From Rubripirellula sp. (lineage in GTDB: Bacteria; Planctomycetota; Planctomycetia; Pirellulales; Pirellulaceae), in contig OZ244207.1 of the NCBI GenBank assembly GCA_965216875.1, positions 6,112,001 through 6,176,000 on the forward strand: DNA of 64,000 nt, read 5' to 3'. Of this stretch, positions 40,380-50,919 are shown in pieces. Under the pieces are notes generated by a model. The model searched no databases and was not told the origin of the DNA. It worked only from the letters and a program-made list of their open reading frames with translations. The translations under genes and the position numbers were made by a program. Within the stretch, counting starts at the first letter, position 1; each line of letters begins with the position of its first letter.

Positions 40380-41288
40380 TCAATCGGTTTGTTTGTCAGG
40401 TTCCAACTTCCAAGTCACAAACATTTTGAGATCCTGGCCCGGATCAAGCTCGACAAAGCTGCCCTGGTTTTCGACCTCGGCGAACCTGGAATCGGGGGCA
40501 AGATAAATTTCGATCGCAGCTTGATTGGGCGCAACGCGATCTGGCATCTTTCTCGTCGTCGTCAGCACCAGTCCGTTGTTGCGATACCGACTCCAAAGAA
40601 TGCCGTCGCGAGGTGATGGTGGCGTGTAGAAGACTTTTTGCGCGTTTGGTTGCTTCTGATTGAAAGGAATACGCAGCGTCGCGCCGACTTTCTCGGTCAC
40701 GGCGCCGCGCGAGTTGTCTCGAAAACGAAACGTACCGCCACTAGGAAATTCGACCTGCCCGGACCAATCAACTCGAATGTTCTCCCACAGCGCGACGGCA
40801 CACGAGCGGTCGCCTTGATTGACCACCTGATAGGTCATTCGCAATTGTGGCAATTCACCCGGATCGTTCTCGAAGCGTGCCTCCTTGAACATTTGCAGTC
40901 GGGTTCGCGGATCGACACGACTAGCCAGTTTGATGTTCCGTTGACCATGCGCAACGACTTCAAATGCATCTTTGTCAAAGGTGTCGATCGGAGGCCATCC
41001 CCAGTCTTCCTGCGGGCTGGTCCAGAGCGTGCTGCCCCAATGCCAATTGTTTGCATCACGCTCTACACGCAGCGCTTCTTTACCGTCCAATGTGAACGAA
41101 GCAAATCGTCCGCCAAGGGTTGGATCCACCGAAAGCTTCAGCGGCCCCGAAGAAATTGACAGATACTGATCGCCTTGCTCTCGCTTGTCATCAGCTGCGA
41201 CCGGAGACGACAAGACAATCACAAGAGCGACCAGTAACTGCCATAGCTTCAAGGATTTTTTTACGATCGACACGTCAGGCAACCTCAA
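40380..41288 (-). CDS. exported DUF4380/galactose-mutarotase-like protein
   Basis: Signal peptide; LGGR...WGSTLWTSPQEDWGWPP and EVENQG motifs; start overlaps the upstream stop. Confidence 0.7.
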   Translation of the reverse strand: MRLPDVSIVKKSLKLWQLLVALVIVLSSPVAADDKREQGDQYLSISSGPLKLSVDPTLGGRFASFTLDGKEALRVERDANNWHWGSTLWTSPQEDWGWPPIDTFDKDAFEVVAHGQRNIKLASRVDPRTRLQMFKEARFENDPGELPQLRMTYQVVNQGDRSCAVALWENIRVDWSGQVEFPSGGTFRFRDNSRGAVTEKVGATLRIPFNQKQPNAQKVFYTPPSPRDGILWSRYRNNGLVLTTTRKMPDRVAPNQAAIEIYLAPDSRFAEVENQGSFVELDPGQDLKMFVTWKLEPDKQTD

Positions 41289-42640
41289 GCCATCGCCGGA
41301 TGGGTGTAGGGTTTGCGGTAGGGACGCATCAGCATCTCGGTCGCCTCATCATCGCCAACGATCGTATGGGTGCTCGGATCGAACTGCAGTGTTCTTCCCA
41401 ATGCCATTGCGTTGTTGGCCATGATGCACGACGCACTGCTGATGTGGCCTTCTTCGATATCAGCGATGGGTTTGTCACGCTGATCGACGGCATCGAGAAA
41501 GTCTCGCATGTGTTGGCGAATTGCCGGCGCGACCTTGACGTCCATTCGCCATTTCTCGCGATCGCCTTGGTCACTGGGGAATTGATCGAACTCGGCGATC
41601 GCCTCGCCAGTCAAATTTGGACCGCCACCGCGCGGCGAAAACTCATATCGATCAACACTCAGTTTCAGCGTGCCTTTGTCACCGTAGATGAACGCGGCCC
41701 AAGGAAAACGAGGGTCCGGAGGATCGCCCCAACTACGGTGCGTCCAAACCACTTTGAGTTTTTCGAAGTCAAAGACAGCAGTTTGCGTATCAGTGATATT
41801 TGCCTTCGACGCGTGGTCGACAAGGATGCCGCCGGAACTGCTGATGCGTGTTGGCCAACCGAGCCCCAGTTGCCAACGCACCATGTCCAACATGTGAACA
41901 CACATGTCGCCAACGATCCCGTTGCCGTATTCCATGAATGCGCGCCACGATCGTGGGTGCACAAGCGAATTGTAGGGGCGCATCGGCGCCGGTCCCGTCC
42001 AGGCTTCGTAATCAAAGTGGGCTGGCGGATTCGATTGTGGTGGGTTCGCTCGCGCCCGCATGTGGTAGTAGCAACAGATGTCGACGTGCGCGATGTTGCC
42101 AAGCAACCCTGCGTCGACGATCTTTTCCTTTGCCTCCATCAAGTGAGGCGTACTACGGCGTTGAGTCCCAACCTGAACAACGCGCCCCGTTTTCCGAGCC
42201 GCGTCGAGCATCGCTTTGCTCTCCAACACATCGACACCGGTTGGCTTTTGGACGTAAACGTCGGCTCCCGCGTTGACTGCATCGATGGTCGGCAAAGCAT
42301 GCCAATGATCGGGAGTTCCGATGACGACGATGTCGAGATCTTTTTCAGCCAACATTTCTTTGTAGTTGGCGTAAGTTCGCGGACGTTCTTTGCTGACTTG
42401 ACGCTGCGAAAACAAATCGGCAGCCTCGGCGAGCATTTTTGCATCGACGTCGCACAACGAAACAACGTTGACGCGTTCGACATTCAGAAGCTGAAGCAAG
42501 TCGCACTTGCCATACCATCCACATCCAATCAGCCCCACTCGGCGAGCGGCCCCGGATGTGACGTTTGCGTGAGCCGAGCGACTGACCGCCGCGATCGATG
42601 CGGCTGCTGCAGATGAACGAATGAAATTTCGGCGATCCAT
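41285..42640 (-). CDS. Tat-exported Gfo/Idh/MocA oxidoreductase
   Basis: MDRRNF Tat motif at ATG 42640; IGCGWYG, TPDHWH, VQKP, QVGTQRRS and DMCVH motifs. Confidence 0.93.
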   Translation of the reverse strand: MDRRNFIRSSAAAASIAAVSRSAHANVTSGAARRVGLIGCGWYGKCDLLQLLNVERVNVVSLCDVDAKMLAEAADLFSQRQVSKERPRTYANYKEMLAEKDLDIVVIGTPDHWHALPTIDAVNAGADVYVQKPTGVDVLESKAMLDAARKTGRVVQVGTQRRSTPHLMEAKEKIVDAGLLGNIAHVDICCYYHMRARANPPQSNPPAHFDYEAWTGPAPMRPYNSLVHPRSWRAFMEYGNGIVGDMCVHMLDMVRWQLGLGWPTRISSSGGILVDHASKANITDTQTAVFDFEKLKVVWTHRSWGDPPDPRFPWAAFIYGDKGTLKLSVDRYEFSPRGGGPNLTGEAIAEFDQFPSDQGDREKWRMDVKVAPAIRQHMRDFLDAVDQRDKPIADIEEGHISSASCIMANNAMALGRTLQFDPSTHTIVGDDEATEMLMRPYRKPYTHPAMA

Positions 42641-42699
42641 GGTGTGCAATTCGTTTGATGAACTCGTAATGAAGCGTTCTGCCCGTACTTTGGATCGAC

Positions 42700-42725
42700 G
42701 CCCCTTCGGTCTAGACCGAAGGGGC
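42700..42725. terminator. perfect 26-bp palindrome downstream of the DUF1559 gene (terminator or mRNA-stabilising hairpin)
   Basis: GCCCCTTCGGTCT-AGACCGAAGGGGC; no U-tract. Confidence 0.55.
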
Positions 42726-42750
42726 ATCGCTAACTCCAAACCAATCTCCG

Positions 42751-43980
42751 TTACTGGTTAAGTTCTTCCTCGATCACTTCCTTGTTCGCACGTGTGCCCA
42801 ACGCTCCCCACAATCCGTAAGGGCTTTTGACACCCGCTTCGATACTGATGTAGGGAAATTCGCTGTTGCCGGCTTCGATCGAATCCGAGATGAAGACGAC
42901 CGCACCGTCGGCCATCAAGATGTGGACGCCACCGTTGTGTCGGCTTGACGCAGAATAGGCGCCTTCGGTCCATTCATCAAAGTTACGCAAGCAAACGGCC
43001 GTGTTTGGCGGCAGCAAGGTTGTGAAACCGGTGTGCAACGGAGCCCAATGAGCCCAGATGTATCCACGACGGTTTCGGTCATCAAGCAAGCCACCGGCGA
43101 CCAAAGTGGCATCGTAAAACTGAGGTCGTGTTGGATCGACATAATCGACCGAACAATGCTTTGAACTCGATGGTGGGCTTTCGACATCGTGTCCCAGCTG
43201 GTTCGCAGCAACCGAAGTTGTCTTGACGTCCAAGTCTCCGAGGTCCGTTGCAATTTCACCCATCGCGATCGTGTTGCTGGCACCATCAAGGATGTCACGC
43301 ATGCGGATGAACTTGCGCGAAGCGGCAAATCCGCGGATATAGCGTCGTGATGCGATGAACTGGCCTTGGTCGCCTGGACAGTGCTGGTCATCGAAATGAC
43401 GCCAACTCTTGTGCCCAATCCACACGTTCTTGGCGTTGTCACCAATGCAGCTGGCATAGTTCGATCGCCCATGCGCAGGCAAACCGACACCTGGATCGGA
43501 TGGACATCGGAAGGTCGGAACCTCCGTCACCCAAGGCTCATAGGTGTAGTCGCCCCAGTGGGGCTTTGGCCCCATCGCAGGCCAAACGGCAGGGGTTCCA
43601 CCGTTGTTGTCCAGCGGGTTGGAAATGGTTTCCCACAATGCCTGCTGCTCGACGAAGGGTAACAACCCAACAAACTGACTCAGCTGCTTTTGGTTGGTTG
43701 CCATTGAAACGTTCGACAACCCGTTGCTCCACGCACACGGTGCGTTCAGCTGAGAATCGAGTCCGCTACCGCCGCCGTACTCGGGGAATTTCTTGTAGGC
43801 ACTGTGGTAGTTGTGCAACGCCAATCCGATTTGCTTGAAGTTGTTCGAGCAACTCATTCGACGTGCTGCTTCACGCGCCGCCTGCACTGCTGGCAGAAGC
43901 AATCCGACGAGTACGCCGATGATTGCAATCACGACCAGAAGTTCGACTAGCGTGAAGCCAGCCTTCGATTTTCTTGACAC
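42751..43980 (-). CDS. DUF1559 prepilin-type N-terminal cleavage/methylation protein with H-X9-DG motif
   Basis: [70 protein letters not shown]. Confidence 0.95.
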   Translation of the reverse strand: MSRKSKAGFTLVELLVVIAIIGVLVGLLLPAVQAAREAARRMSCSNNFKQIGLALHNYHSAYKKFPEYGGGSGLDSQLNAPCAWSNGLSNVSMATNQKQLSQFVGLLPFVEQQALWETISNPLDNNGGTPAVWPAMGPKPHWGDYTYEPWVTEVPTFRCPSDPGVGLPAHGRSNYASCIGDNAKNVWIGHKSWRHFDDQHCPGDQGQFIASRRYIRGFAASRKFIRMRDILDGASNTIAMGEIATDLGDLDVKTTSVAANQLGHDVESPPSSSKHCSVDYVDPTRPQFYDATLVAGGLLDDRNRRGYIWAHWAPLHTGFTTLLPPNTAVCLRNFDEWTEGAYSASSRHNGGVHILMADGAVVFISDSIEAGNSEFPYISIEAGVKSPYGLWGALGTRANKEVIEEELNQ

Positions 43981-44113
43981 TATCTCGCTCCTGAAACGAG
44001 CCTGACCTTATTCGTCAGACGAGACAAAGAAATAAAAAGAACAACCGCGGTTGCTCCGAAGTCGAGCAAACAAAAACCGGCGACACCAAAATTGGAGTTC
44101 GCCAAAGTGACCG

Positions 44114-44299
44114 TTAAGGAGCACCCTTGTTTGCTTGCGACTTCGCCGCGCCCTCGGCGTTGTACTTCGCGATTTCTTCAGGCGTTTGCTGATAAGGATT
44201 CGACTCAGGAATTTCGATCGCAGTTGGCTTCTCACTCCCGCATCCGGTCAGTACGAAACTGAAAGTGCCAACACAAATCATCAATAAGAAATTCCTCAC
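44114..44299 (-). CDS. small lipoprotein (61 aa)
   Basis: GTG start with GGAG RBS; lipobox LTGC; low-complexity tail; typical neighbour of DUF1559 genes. Confidence 0.75.
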   Translation of the reverse strand: MRNFLLMICVGTFSFVLTGCGSEKPTAIEIPESNPYQQTPEEIAKYNAEGAAKSQANKGAP

Positions 44300-44700
44300 A
44301 GCCCTCGGCTCCTGTCATCAAAAAACACCAACGAAGTACCAAACTGAAGCCGATTATTTGTGCTTTGCCTGACAGAACAACTGGCAAATGGTATTGGTGT
44401 ACAGATGTCCCCAAGGGGACCTAGACTGTCGCAGCGCGTCCAATTGTGGCGAGATGACCGCCATCAGGAGACATTTCGAAGTCGGTTCGAATCGGGGGCA
44501 GCGCGGTCAAAACGGGCATTGGTTTGCGACCGTCATGGCCGCGCGTTGCGCACGCACGAACCGCTTCCGTTCGATCCAACGCACAACACCATCCGCTCAA
44601 AACGAGCGCAAGAATCTTTTGTCAATCGACGACAAACATCACCGCCGGCAGTATTAGACTGATTCGTTCCCCGTTGATCTTTTCACATACAGATCATGTC

Positions 44701-46860
44701 ATGAGAGCATCGCTGATACGCGAACTCGTACAACTGCAAAGCAGAATGAAAGCTCACCTCTTTCTTTTACGTCTGATCGTCGTTGCGCTCATTGCCTACG
44801 CCCACCACGCAACCGCGCAAGACTTACCGCTTACCAAGATGGATGAGATTCGCCATCTCTCGGTCGAGCGTGCAGACGAAAACTTGCCAGTGAAGGTGCG
44901 CGGTGTCATCACGTACTTTGATCGCCCGTCCCACATCGCGTTCATTCAAGACGAAACGGGTGGCGTTTACTTTTCGCCGAAAGACACAACACTCAATTCG
45001 ATTGACCCACAAGGCTCGCTCGTTCCGGGAACCGAAGTCGAAATGACGGGCCTTACCATTCCTGGCGGTTTCGCACCTTGTATCGGATTGGAAATCGTTG
45101 CGACACCGTACGGCCCCGTCGATTTTCCCAAGCCGCTCTATCCGGTACGCAGTCGACTGGTTGACCCCAAGTTTGACAGCCAGTGGATTGAACTCGAAGC
45201 GACAGTTTGCGATGCCGAAATCGTTAACCGCCAACTGCTCTTGAAGATCGCGTTCGATGGCCAACAGTACGAGGCCGTTGTCACGGGAGACTGGACGAAC
45301 AAACCTGTCCCTGAAGACTTGGTCAACTCCGATGTTCGCATGCGAGGCGTTTTTGGATCGGTATACAACCAACAAAGACAACTCGTTCAGATGCGTGTCT
45401 TCATTCCGTCGATCGAATTCATTTCGGTCATCGACTCAGGCTATGAGCAAGCGTTCGCTCAACCGTCGCGTGCTATTCCAGACGTCATGAAATTCAACCC
45501 GAAGTTGCTCGGTCGCGTGCGTGTCCAAGGCACCGTACTTGCCAACTTTTCTTCCGAGAGCATCTTTGTACGCGGCCCGGGTGGTGCCATTCAGGTCCAG
45601 ACGTTGTCACCCGAACCGATCAAGCCTGGCGAAAGAGTCGATATCGTTGGCTTCCCCACACCTGGCGATATTACCCCGAGCCTGAAGGACGCCGTCATTC
45701 GACCCGACACGTCGGCGACAACCAAGCCGATCAGCCTCGATCCGATCGACGTCCAACGCGGTCGCCTCGATGGGGCACACCTGCACGGTGAATTGATTCG
45801 CACCGAAGCACGCGTCGTCGATCACTTTCATCGACCTTACGATTCGATGATTGTTCTTGAATCGGTCGGTGGTCGATTCTATGCACGCGTTCCTCATGGC
45901 GGCGAACCACTGGAACGATCAAGTTGGATTTCACTGACAGGCATTTGCATTTTGCAGCCCAACATTGGAGCGCCAAACACCATCGTCGATAACGCGGGGT
46001 CGGCGGATCTTGCGACCCAGTATTCGATGAGCATGATCGTTCGCTCAGACGATGACATCGTCGTTTTGCAACTTCCCTCCTGGTGGACTCCACAGCGGAT
46101 TGCAACCATCGCGATCGTGCTGGGCGCCATTTTGATCGCTGCCGTTGTTTGGGTGATCATGCTTGGCCAGAAGGTTCGAGTGCAAACCAAGGTGATCGAA
46201 ACGAGAATCGAAAAACAACGCGTCGCCGAGGAGCGTGCCAGAATCGCCCGCGAACTACACGACACTCTCGAGCAAGAGCTTGTCGGGATCACCATGCAAC
46301 TTGATCATGCTGCGTCGCGACTCACCTCAGCGCCCGTTCGTGCACAGGAATCGATCGATCTGGCGCGTGCAATGTTGCGACACAGTCAAGCGGAAGCGAG
46401 ACGATCCGTTTGGGACCTGCATGCCCCATCGGTTAGTGGTGATTACCTGGCCAAAGCGCTCGACGAAATGGTCGCGCAATTGAGTTTGCCCGATGGCCCC
46501 GTCATCGAACTCAGTGTTGACGACGGCGTTTCACAGCTGCGCGGCCGGTTTGCCAATCACATCCTGCGGATTGCTCAAGAAGCACTCACCAACGCGGTCA
46601 AACATGCTCGACCGACGCGGATTTCGATCAAGATCACCAGCAATGGCGATGACTTTCGTTTGAGCGTTTCGGATGACGGTTGCGGGTTCGACATCGCCGA
46701 TCGACCCAGCACGGCCGACGGCCACTTTGGACTTTCGGGGATGCAAGAACGAGCCGGAAAAGTTCACGGCGTATTGGATCTCGATAGCCAACCCGATGCC
46801 GGCACGACGCTGACATTGACCGTTCCGATTGCCGCAACCAACTCGGAAACGCTCTCCTAA
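44701..46860 (+). CDS. membrane sensor histidine kinase (NarX/HisKA_3 type) with large periplasmic region
   Basis: ERARIARELHDTLEQ, QEALTNAVKHA, DDGCGF and GHFGLSGMQER motifs; TM after PSWWT. Start is 44701 or 44746. Confidence 0.92.
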   Translation: MRASLIRELVQLQSRMKAHLFLLRLIVVALIAYAHHATAQDLPLTKMDEIRHLSVERADENLPVKVRGVITYFDRPSHIAFIQDETGGVYFSPKDTTLNSIDPQGSLVPGTEVEMTGLTIPGGFAPCIGLEIVATPYGPVDFPKPLYPVRSRLVDPKFDSQWIELEATVCDAEIVNRQLLLKIAFDGQQYEAVVTGDWTNKPVPEDLVNSDVRMRGVFGSVYNQQRQLVQMRVFIPSIEFISVIDSGYEQAFAQPSRAIPDVMKFNPKLLGRVRVQGTVLANFSSESIFVRGPGGAIQVQTLSPEPIKPGERVDIVGFPTPGDITPSLKDAVIRPDTSATTKPISLDPIDVQRGRLDGAHLHGELIRTEARVVDHFHRPYDSMIVLESVGGRFYARVPHGGEPLERSSWISLTGICILQPNIGAPNTIVDNAGSADLATQYSMSMIVRSDDDIVVLQLPSWWTPQRIATIAIVLGAILIAAVVWVIMLGQKVRVQTKVIETRIEKQRVAEERARIARELHDTLEQELVGITMQLDHAASRLTSAPVRAQESIDLARAMLRHSQAEARRSVWDLHAPSVSGDYLAKALDEMVAQLSLPDGPVIELSVDDGVSQLRGRFANHILRIAQEALTNAVKHARPTRISIKITSNGDDFRLSVSDDGCGFDIADRPSTADGHFGLSGMQERAGKVHGVLDLDSQPDAGTTLTLTVPIAATNSETLS

Positions 46861-47492
46861 TCGAGGTGCACGATGCCTCGTTGAATGGCCGCCGTCACCG
46901 CCTGCGTTCGGTCCATCACCTCGAGTTTTTGAAAGAGGTGGCCGATATGCAATTTGACCGTCGCTTGTGAGATCTTCATCGCCGACGCAATCTCCTTGTT
47001 GCTGAAGCCTCCAACGAGGAACTCGAGGGCTTGAAGCTCGCGCGGAGTGAGGTTCGACCGATCACGCCGCAACTGAAGCTTCCTTTCAACGTCAGCCGGA
47101 AAATAGCTGCCGCCACCCGCAACCGTTTGGATCGCTCTGATCAGCTCGCTTCGATCGGTCGACTTAGGCAAGTACGCCGATGCACCCGCTTCCACACAGC
47201 GAAAAATGTCCTCTTCGCTCTCATTGACGGACAACATCAAGCACCGAAACGATTCGTCGCGCCGACTCAATTCGGTCAGAACTTCCGTCCCTCGCATGTC
47301 GGGAAGCAACAGGTCAAGAATCATCACGTCCGGCCGCAATTCGACGAACATCTCGATGGCTTGACCGCCGGAGGTCGCCTGTCCAACGACTTCAATCGAC
47401 CCTTCGTCGCGCAAGGAATCCGCCAATCCCATGCGTACAAAAAAGTGGTCATCGACGAGTAGAAGACGTAGCGGTTCGGTCGGTTCAATCAT
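46857..47492 (-). CDS. NarL/FixJ family response regulator (REC + LuxR HTH)
   Basis: LVDDH, ILDLLLP and YLPK motifs; LTPRE...SNKEIA...TVKLH. Confidence 0.95.
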   Translation of the reverse strand: MIEPTEPLRLLLVDDHFFVRMGLADSLRDEGSIEVVGQATSGGQAIEMFVELRPDVMILDLLLPDMRGTEVLTELSRRDESFRCLMLSVNESEEDIFRCVEAGASAYLPKSTDRSELIRAIQTVAGGGSYFPADVERKLQLRRDRSNLTPRELQALEFLVGGFSNKEIASAMKISQATVKLHIGHLFQKLEVMDRTQAVTAAIQRGIVHLD

Positions 47493-47593
47493 ACTTTTGC
47501 TGGTCGTTTGATTCGCGAAAGAGAACGGTCTTCCGGATTTGCGAACGTCACAACCTAGCGAAAGTTACCCTCGAATGCCAATTATTTACATCG

Positions 47594-47672
47594 TGAGCCG
47601 AACGCGCTAGCGTCGGGCCCTGCACTCGTCCTACGCCGCTGGGAGGGGCCCGACGCTAGCGCGTTCGGCTCA
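47594..47672. repeat. perfect 27-bp inverted repeat (REP doublet, TGAGCCG family)
   Basis: TGAGCCGAACGCGCTAGCGTCGGGCCC at 47594-47620 and its exact reverse complement at 47646-47672. Confidence 0.92.
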
Positions 47673-47728
47673 GGCCAAGAGGACACGGCGCGAAAGGCGG
47701 CATTGTGCGGACCTCAATGCAGATTCGA

Positions 47729-48619
47729 TCAGTCCTTCAACTCAACCTTGCCATCACCCTCGTAGGGCTTCAACAGATCCCCTCGGCGACGGGCAATCAC
47801 GCTTTGTGCATCACCCGGTGAAAGTGTCGCTGGACCTTCACTCGTAAGCTCGACCTCGACATCGACGCTCTTCGCCTCGCCTCCTTTGCGGGGCACGAGC
47901 TGGATCTTGAACAACTTCGTTGCCGGCGGATTTGAGGCAGCGGCTTCGATGTCCTTGATCTGATAAAGACGCTGCAATTGATTGGGGTACAACACGAGGT
48001 CGCCGCCAGAGGTGGACCATCCGCTGCCGCGGAAATTAGTTAGTCCGACGTTGCCCGATTGGGTCTCGAACGCTTCGCTGGACGATGTCAACTTCCACGA
48101 GACGTCGTCCCCGTCGCGATCCGTATCAAGATCAAACTGGTACGCTGCATCCCCGGGCAAGTCGACTTTCCAATCGAGATCGTCGTCCTCGGGCGTGACT
48201 CCGTTTTCATCGGGCAAATGCTTAACCCGCATCTTGATGATTAGCCGGTGATTCCCTGCGGGCAACCAAAGCGCGAGACCGTCGTCCCCTCGGTGATTGA
48301 GAAACAGGTGGCCGGTCGCGAATTTTGGCAAATCTTCAACAACGCGGCACTGACGCATCAAGCTCCACACGACCTGTTTGTTTTCTTGAATCTGTGATCG
48401 TGCGTCAGCAAGTTCCGAAGTGAGTGTGTTCAATTCATGCCGGCGAAGTTCCAACCATTCAATGCGCGCGTCGGTTTCCTCGATGCGTTGTCGGCTGTAC
48501 CAGATCGATCCCGCCAAGACGAACGCGATCCCACACATAACTGACAAAATCAGCGTGCTGATCGCGCGATCACGACGGCGGCGACTGCCTGTCTTACTAT
48601 CGGTGTCGAGCTCAATCAT
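47729..48619 (-). CDS. hypothetical membrane-anchored protein (TM + coiled coil + beta domain)
   Basis: 296 aa; ATGA overlap with the upstream gene. Confidence 0.75.
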   Translation of the reverse strand: MIELDTDSKTGSRRRRDRAISTLILSVMCGIAFVLAGSIWYSRQRIEETDARIEWLELRRHELNTLTSELADARSQIQENKQVVWSLMRQCRVVEDLPKFATGHLFLNHRGDDGLALWLPAGNHRLIIKMRVKHLPDENGVTPEDDDLDWKVDLPGDAAYQFDLDTDRDGDDVSWKLTSSSEAFETQSGNVGLTNFRGSGWSTSGGDLVLYPNQLQRLYQIKDIEAAASNPPATKLFKIQLVPRKGGEAKSVDVEVELTSEGPATLSPGDAQSVIARRRGDLLKPYEGDGKVELKD

Positions 48620-49434
48620 TGCATGGGGAACTCTTTAAAATTGCCGTCGTTCTCGCTTAACCAAATCGAAAAGCCAAACGACTTGGGCGGCCGGTTCCCG
48701 CTTTCATCCTGCAGACTCATGTTGCCCGTAAAAAGATTAGGAAGCTTGCGGTCGGGACCGTAGTCGATTTGCTGCTTTCCCGACACATGCATTGAACCGG
48801 CGCCGGTGACATGTGGCGACCGAAATGCAGTTTCAAGCAACAATTGATCGTCAAGCTGAAGCTTCACCGGCAACAAACCGTCAACGGAACTCCCAACGCC
48901 AACGCGAACCAAGTGTTCGCCGGGTGCGAGCTCATAGGCGAAGGGGCCCGAATCGTCAAACGGCGACTCATCAAGCAGATCGCCTTCTTGTTCGCCGCCG
49001 CGCGCACTTTGGATACCCGATTTGGTTTCGTGCACGCCGTACTTGATCCAGACCTTTCGGTCTTCGGGGACCCAAACCCGAAAGACAACGGGAATGTCGC
49101 TCCCGTGAAGCCTGATCGTCGGCAACGTTCGCATCGAAACGATGTCCCGACCGGCTGGCTCGATCTTGCCGTACTTCTTGATCAGTGTCTCGACGTGCTG
49201 CTCGCACGTCTCGCGTGCCTTGCGCATCTGATCCGCTTCATCAAGCACGATCAACATCGACTTGTGAAGTTCAGGACTTTTGACCAACAGCGAAGCCTCT
49301 TTCGTATCGACTTCGCTCGCCAATTGCTCAAGCGTTATTTGCTTCGCCTTGACTTCGTTGTCGGCGCGCCACGCCACCATCGCCAAAGCGGCAACGAGCG
49401 CCAACGCCAACATTTCTCGGATCGAAAACCTCAT
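48616..49434 (-). CDS. hypothetical membrane-anchored protein
   Basis: MRFSIREMLALALVAAL N-terminus (planctomycete FSxR-type anchor) followed by a coiled coil. Confidence 0.75.
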   Translation of the reverse strand: MRFSIREMLALALVAALAMVAWRADNEVKAKQITLEQLASEVDTKEASLLVKSPELHKSMLIVLDEADQMRKARETCEQHVETLIKKYGKIEPAGRDIVSMRTLPTIRLHGSDIPVVFRVWVPEDRKVWIKYGVHETKSGIQSARGGEQEGDLLDESPFDDSGPFAYELAPGEHLVRVGVGSSVDGLLPVKLQLDDQLLLETAFRSPHVTGAGSMHVSGKQQIDYGPDRKLPNLFTGNMSLQDESGNRPPKSFGFSIWLSENDGNFKEFPMQ

Positions 49435-49488
49435 GCGACCACTTTAACCGATCCACCGTCGGTCGTTGTGGCACGTGCGGCCGGCGAT

Positions 49489-50919
49489 CTAGGAGATAAT
49501 GTCGTGCAAAATATGCCCATGAACGTCGGTCAAACGGAATCGACGTCCTTGATACTTGAACGTCAATCGTTCGTGATCGATGCCCATCAGGTGCAAGATG
49601 GTTGCGTTGAAATCGTGCACATGGACCCCTTTTTCGGCAACGTTGTAGCCGAATTCGTCGGTCACGCCGTAACTGATTCCGGGCTTGATTCCACCGCCAG
49701 CCATCCAGCTCGTAAAACATCGCGGATGGTGGTCGCGGCCATAGTTTTCTTTGGTCAGCGTACCCTGCGAATAGGGCGTACGCCCAAACTCGCCGCCCCA
49801 AATCACCAAGGTGTCGTCCAGGAGCCCGCGTTGTTTCAGATCGGCAACCAACGCCGCCGATGCTTGATCCGTTTCTTTTGCTTGACCGCGAATCTGTTTC
49901 GGCAGATTCGAATGCTGGTCCCAGCCTTGGTGGTACAGCTGAATAAAGCGAACATCCCGCTCGGCCAAACGGCGTGCGAGCAAGCAGTTCGCTGCGAACG
50001 TTCCTGGCTTCTTTGCATCTTCGCCGTAAAGCTCAAACGTCGACTCTGGCTCATCTGAAAAATCGGTCGCATCCGGCACACTCGTCTGCATGCGGTATGC
50101 CATTTCGTATTGCGCAATCCGCGATTCGATCTCGGGATCAAGTTCTTTTTCGAACTGATGTTGGTTGAGCTTGGCAATGGCATCCAATTGCACGCGCCGC
50201 CGCGCAGGCGTCACGCCACCAGGATTGGATAGGTAAAGCACGGGGTCGGCACCGCTTCGAAACTGAACTCCTTGGTGTTTCGAATCAAGGAATCCGTTGC
50301 CCCAAAGACGGGCATAAAGTGGTTGACCACCCTGGCCGGACGAAACCAACACAATGAACGCGGGCAAGTCTTGGTTTTCGCTTCCCAGCCCATACGACAA
50401 CCAAGCGCCAAGTGATGGCCGACCCGCGATCTGTGACCCCGTTTGAAAGAACGTGATCGCCGGGTCGTGGTTGATCGCTTCGGTGTACATCGATTTCACG
50501 AAGCAAACGTCGTCGGCAATCTTTTGGTGATGAGGCAAAAGATCACTCAGCCAAGCTCCAGACTCGCCGTGTTGCGAGAACTTGAAGTGCGATCCAGCCA
50601 GCGGCAGAGACGATTGATTGACCGACATTCCCGTCAAACGTTGACCGCCACGCACCGAGTCGGGAAGCTCTTCACCATTGAGCTGATTCAGCAGCGGCTT
50701 GTGATCAAATAGATCGACGTGCGCCGGGCCGCCCGATTGGAAGAGGTAAATGATCCGTTTGGCGCGAGGCTTGACGTATTGCGCATCGCCAAGCTCTGCA
50801 GCATTCGCTTCGCCAACCAAACTCGACAGCGCAGCCACACCAATGCCGGCGCTACTACGTTTAAAGAAGTGACGCCGATTCACCCCGAGCAAATCTTCTG
50901 TATGCATCGTCTTTCTCAT
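49489..50919 (-). CDS. DUF1501 domain protein (Tat signal)
   Basis: [38 protein letters not shown] overlap with the upstream gene. Confidence 0.93.
   Translation of the reverse strand: MRKTMHTEDLLGVNRRHFFKRSSAGIGVAALSSLVGEANAAELGDAQYVKPRAKRIIYLFQSGGPAHVDLFDHKPLLNQLNGEELPDSVRGGQRLTGMSVNQSSLPLAGSHFKFSQHGESGAWLSDLLPHHQKIADDVCFVKSMYTEAINHDPAITFFQTGSQIAGRPSLGAWLSYGLGSENQDLPAFIVLVSSGQGGQPLYARLWGNGFLDSKHQGVQFRSGADPVLYLSNPGGVTPARRRVQLDAIAKLNQHQFEKELDPEIESRIAQYEMAYRMQTSVPDATDFSDEPESTFELYGEDAKKPGTFAANCLLARRLAERDVRFIQLYHQGWDQHSNLPKQIRGQAKETDQASAALVADLKQRGLLDDTLVIWGGEFGRTPYSQGTLTKENYGRDHHPRCFTSWMAGGGIKPGISYGVTDEFGYNVAEKGVHVHDFNATILHLMGIDHERLTFKYQGRRFRLTDVHGHILHDIIS

Noticed and set aside
41120..42616. 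498-aa + strand ORF
   Set aside because: Antisense shadow of the Gfo/Idh/MocA gene.
48811..50058. 415-aa + strand ORF
   Set aside because: Antisense shadow of DUF1501 and the adjacent gene; codon-mirror composition.
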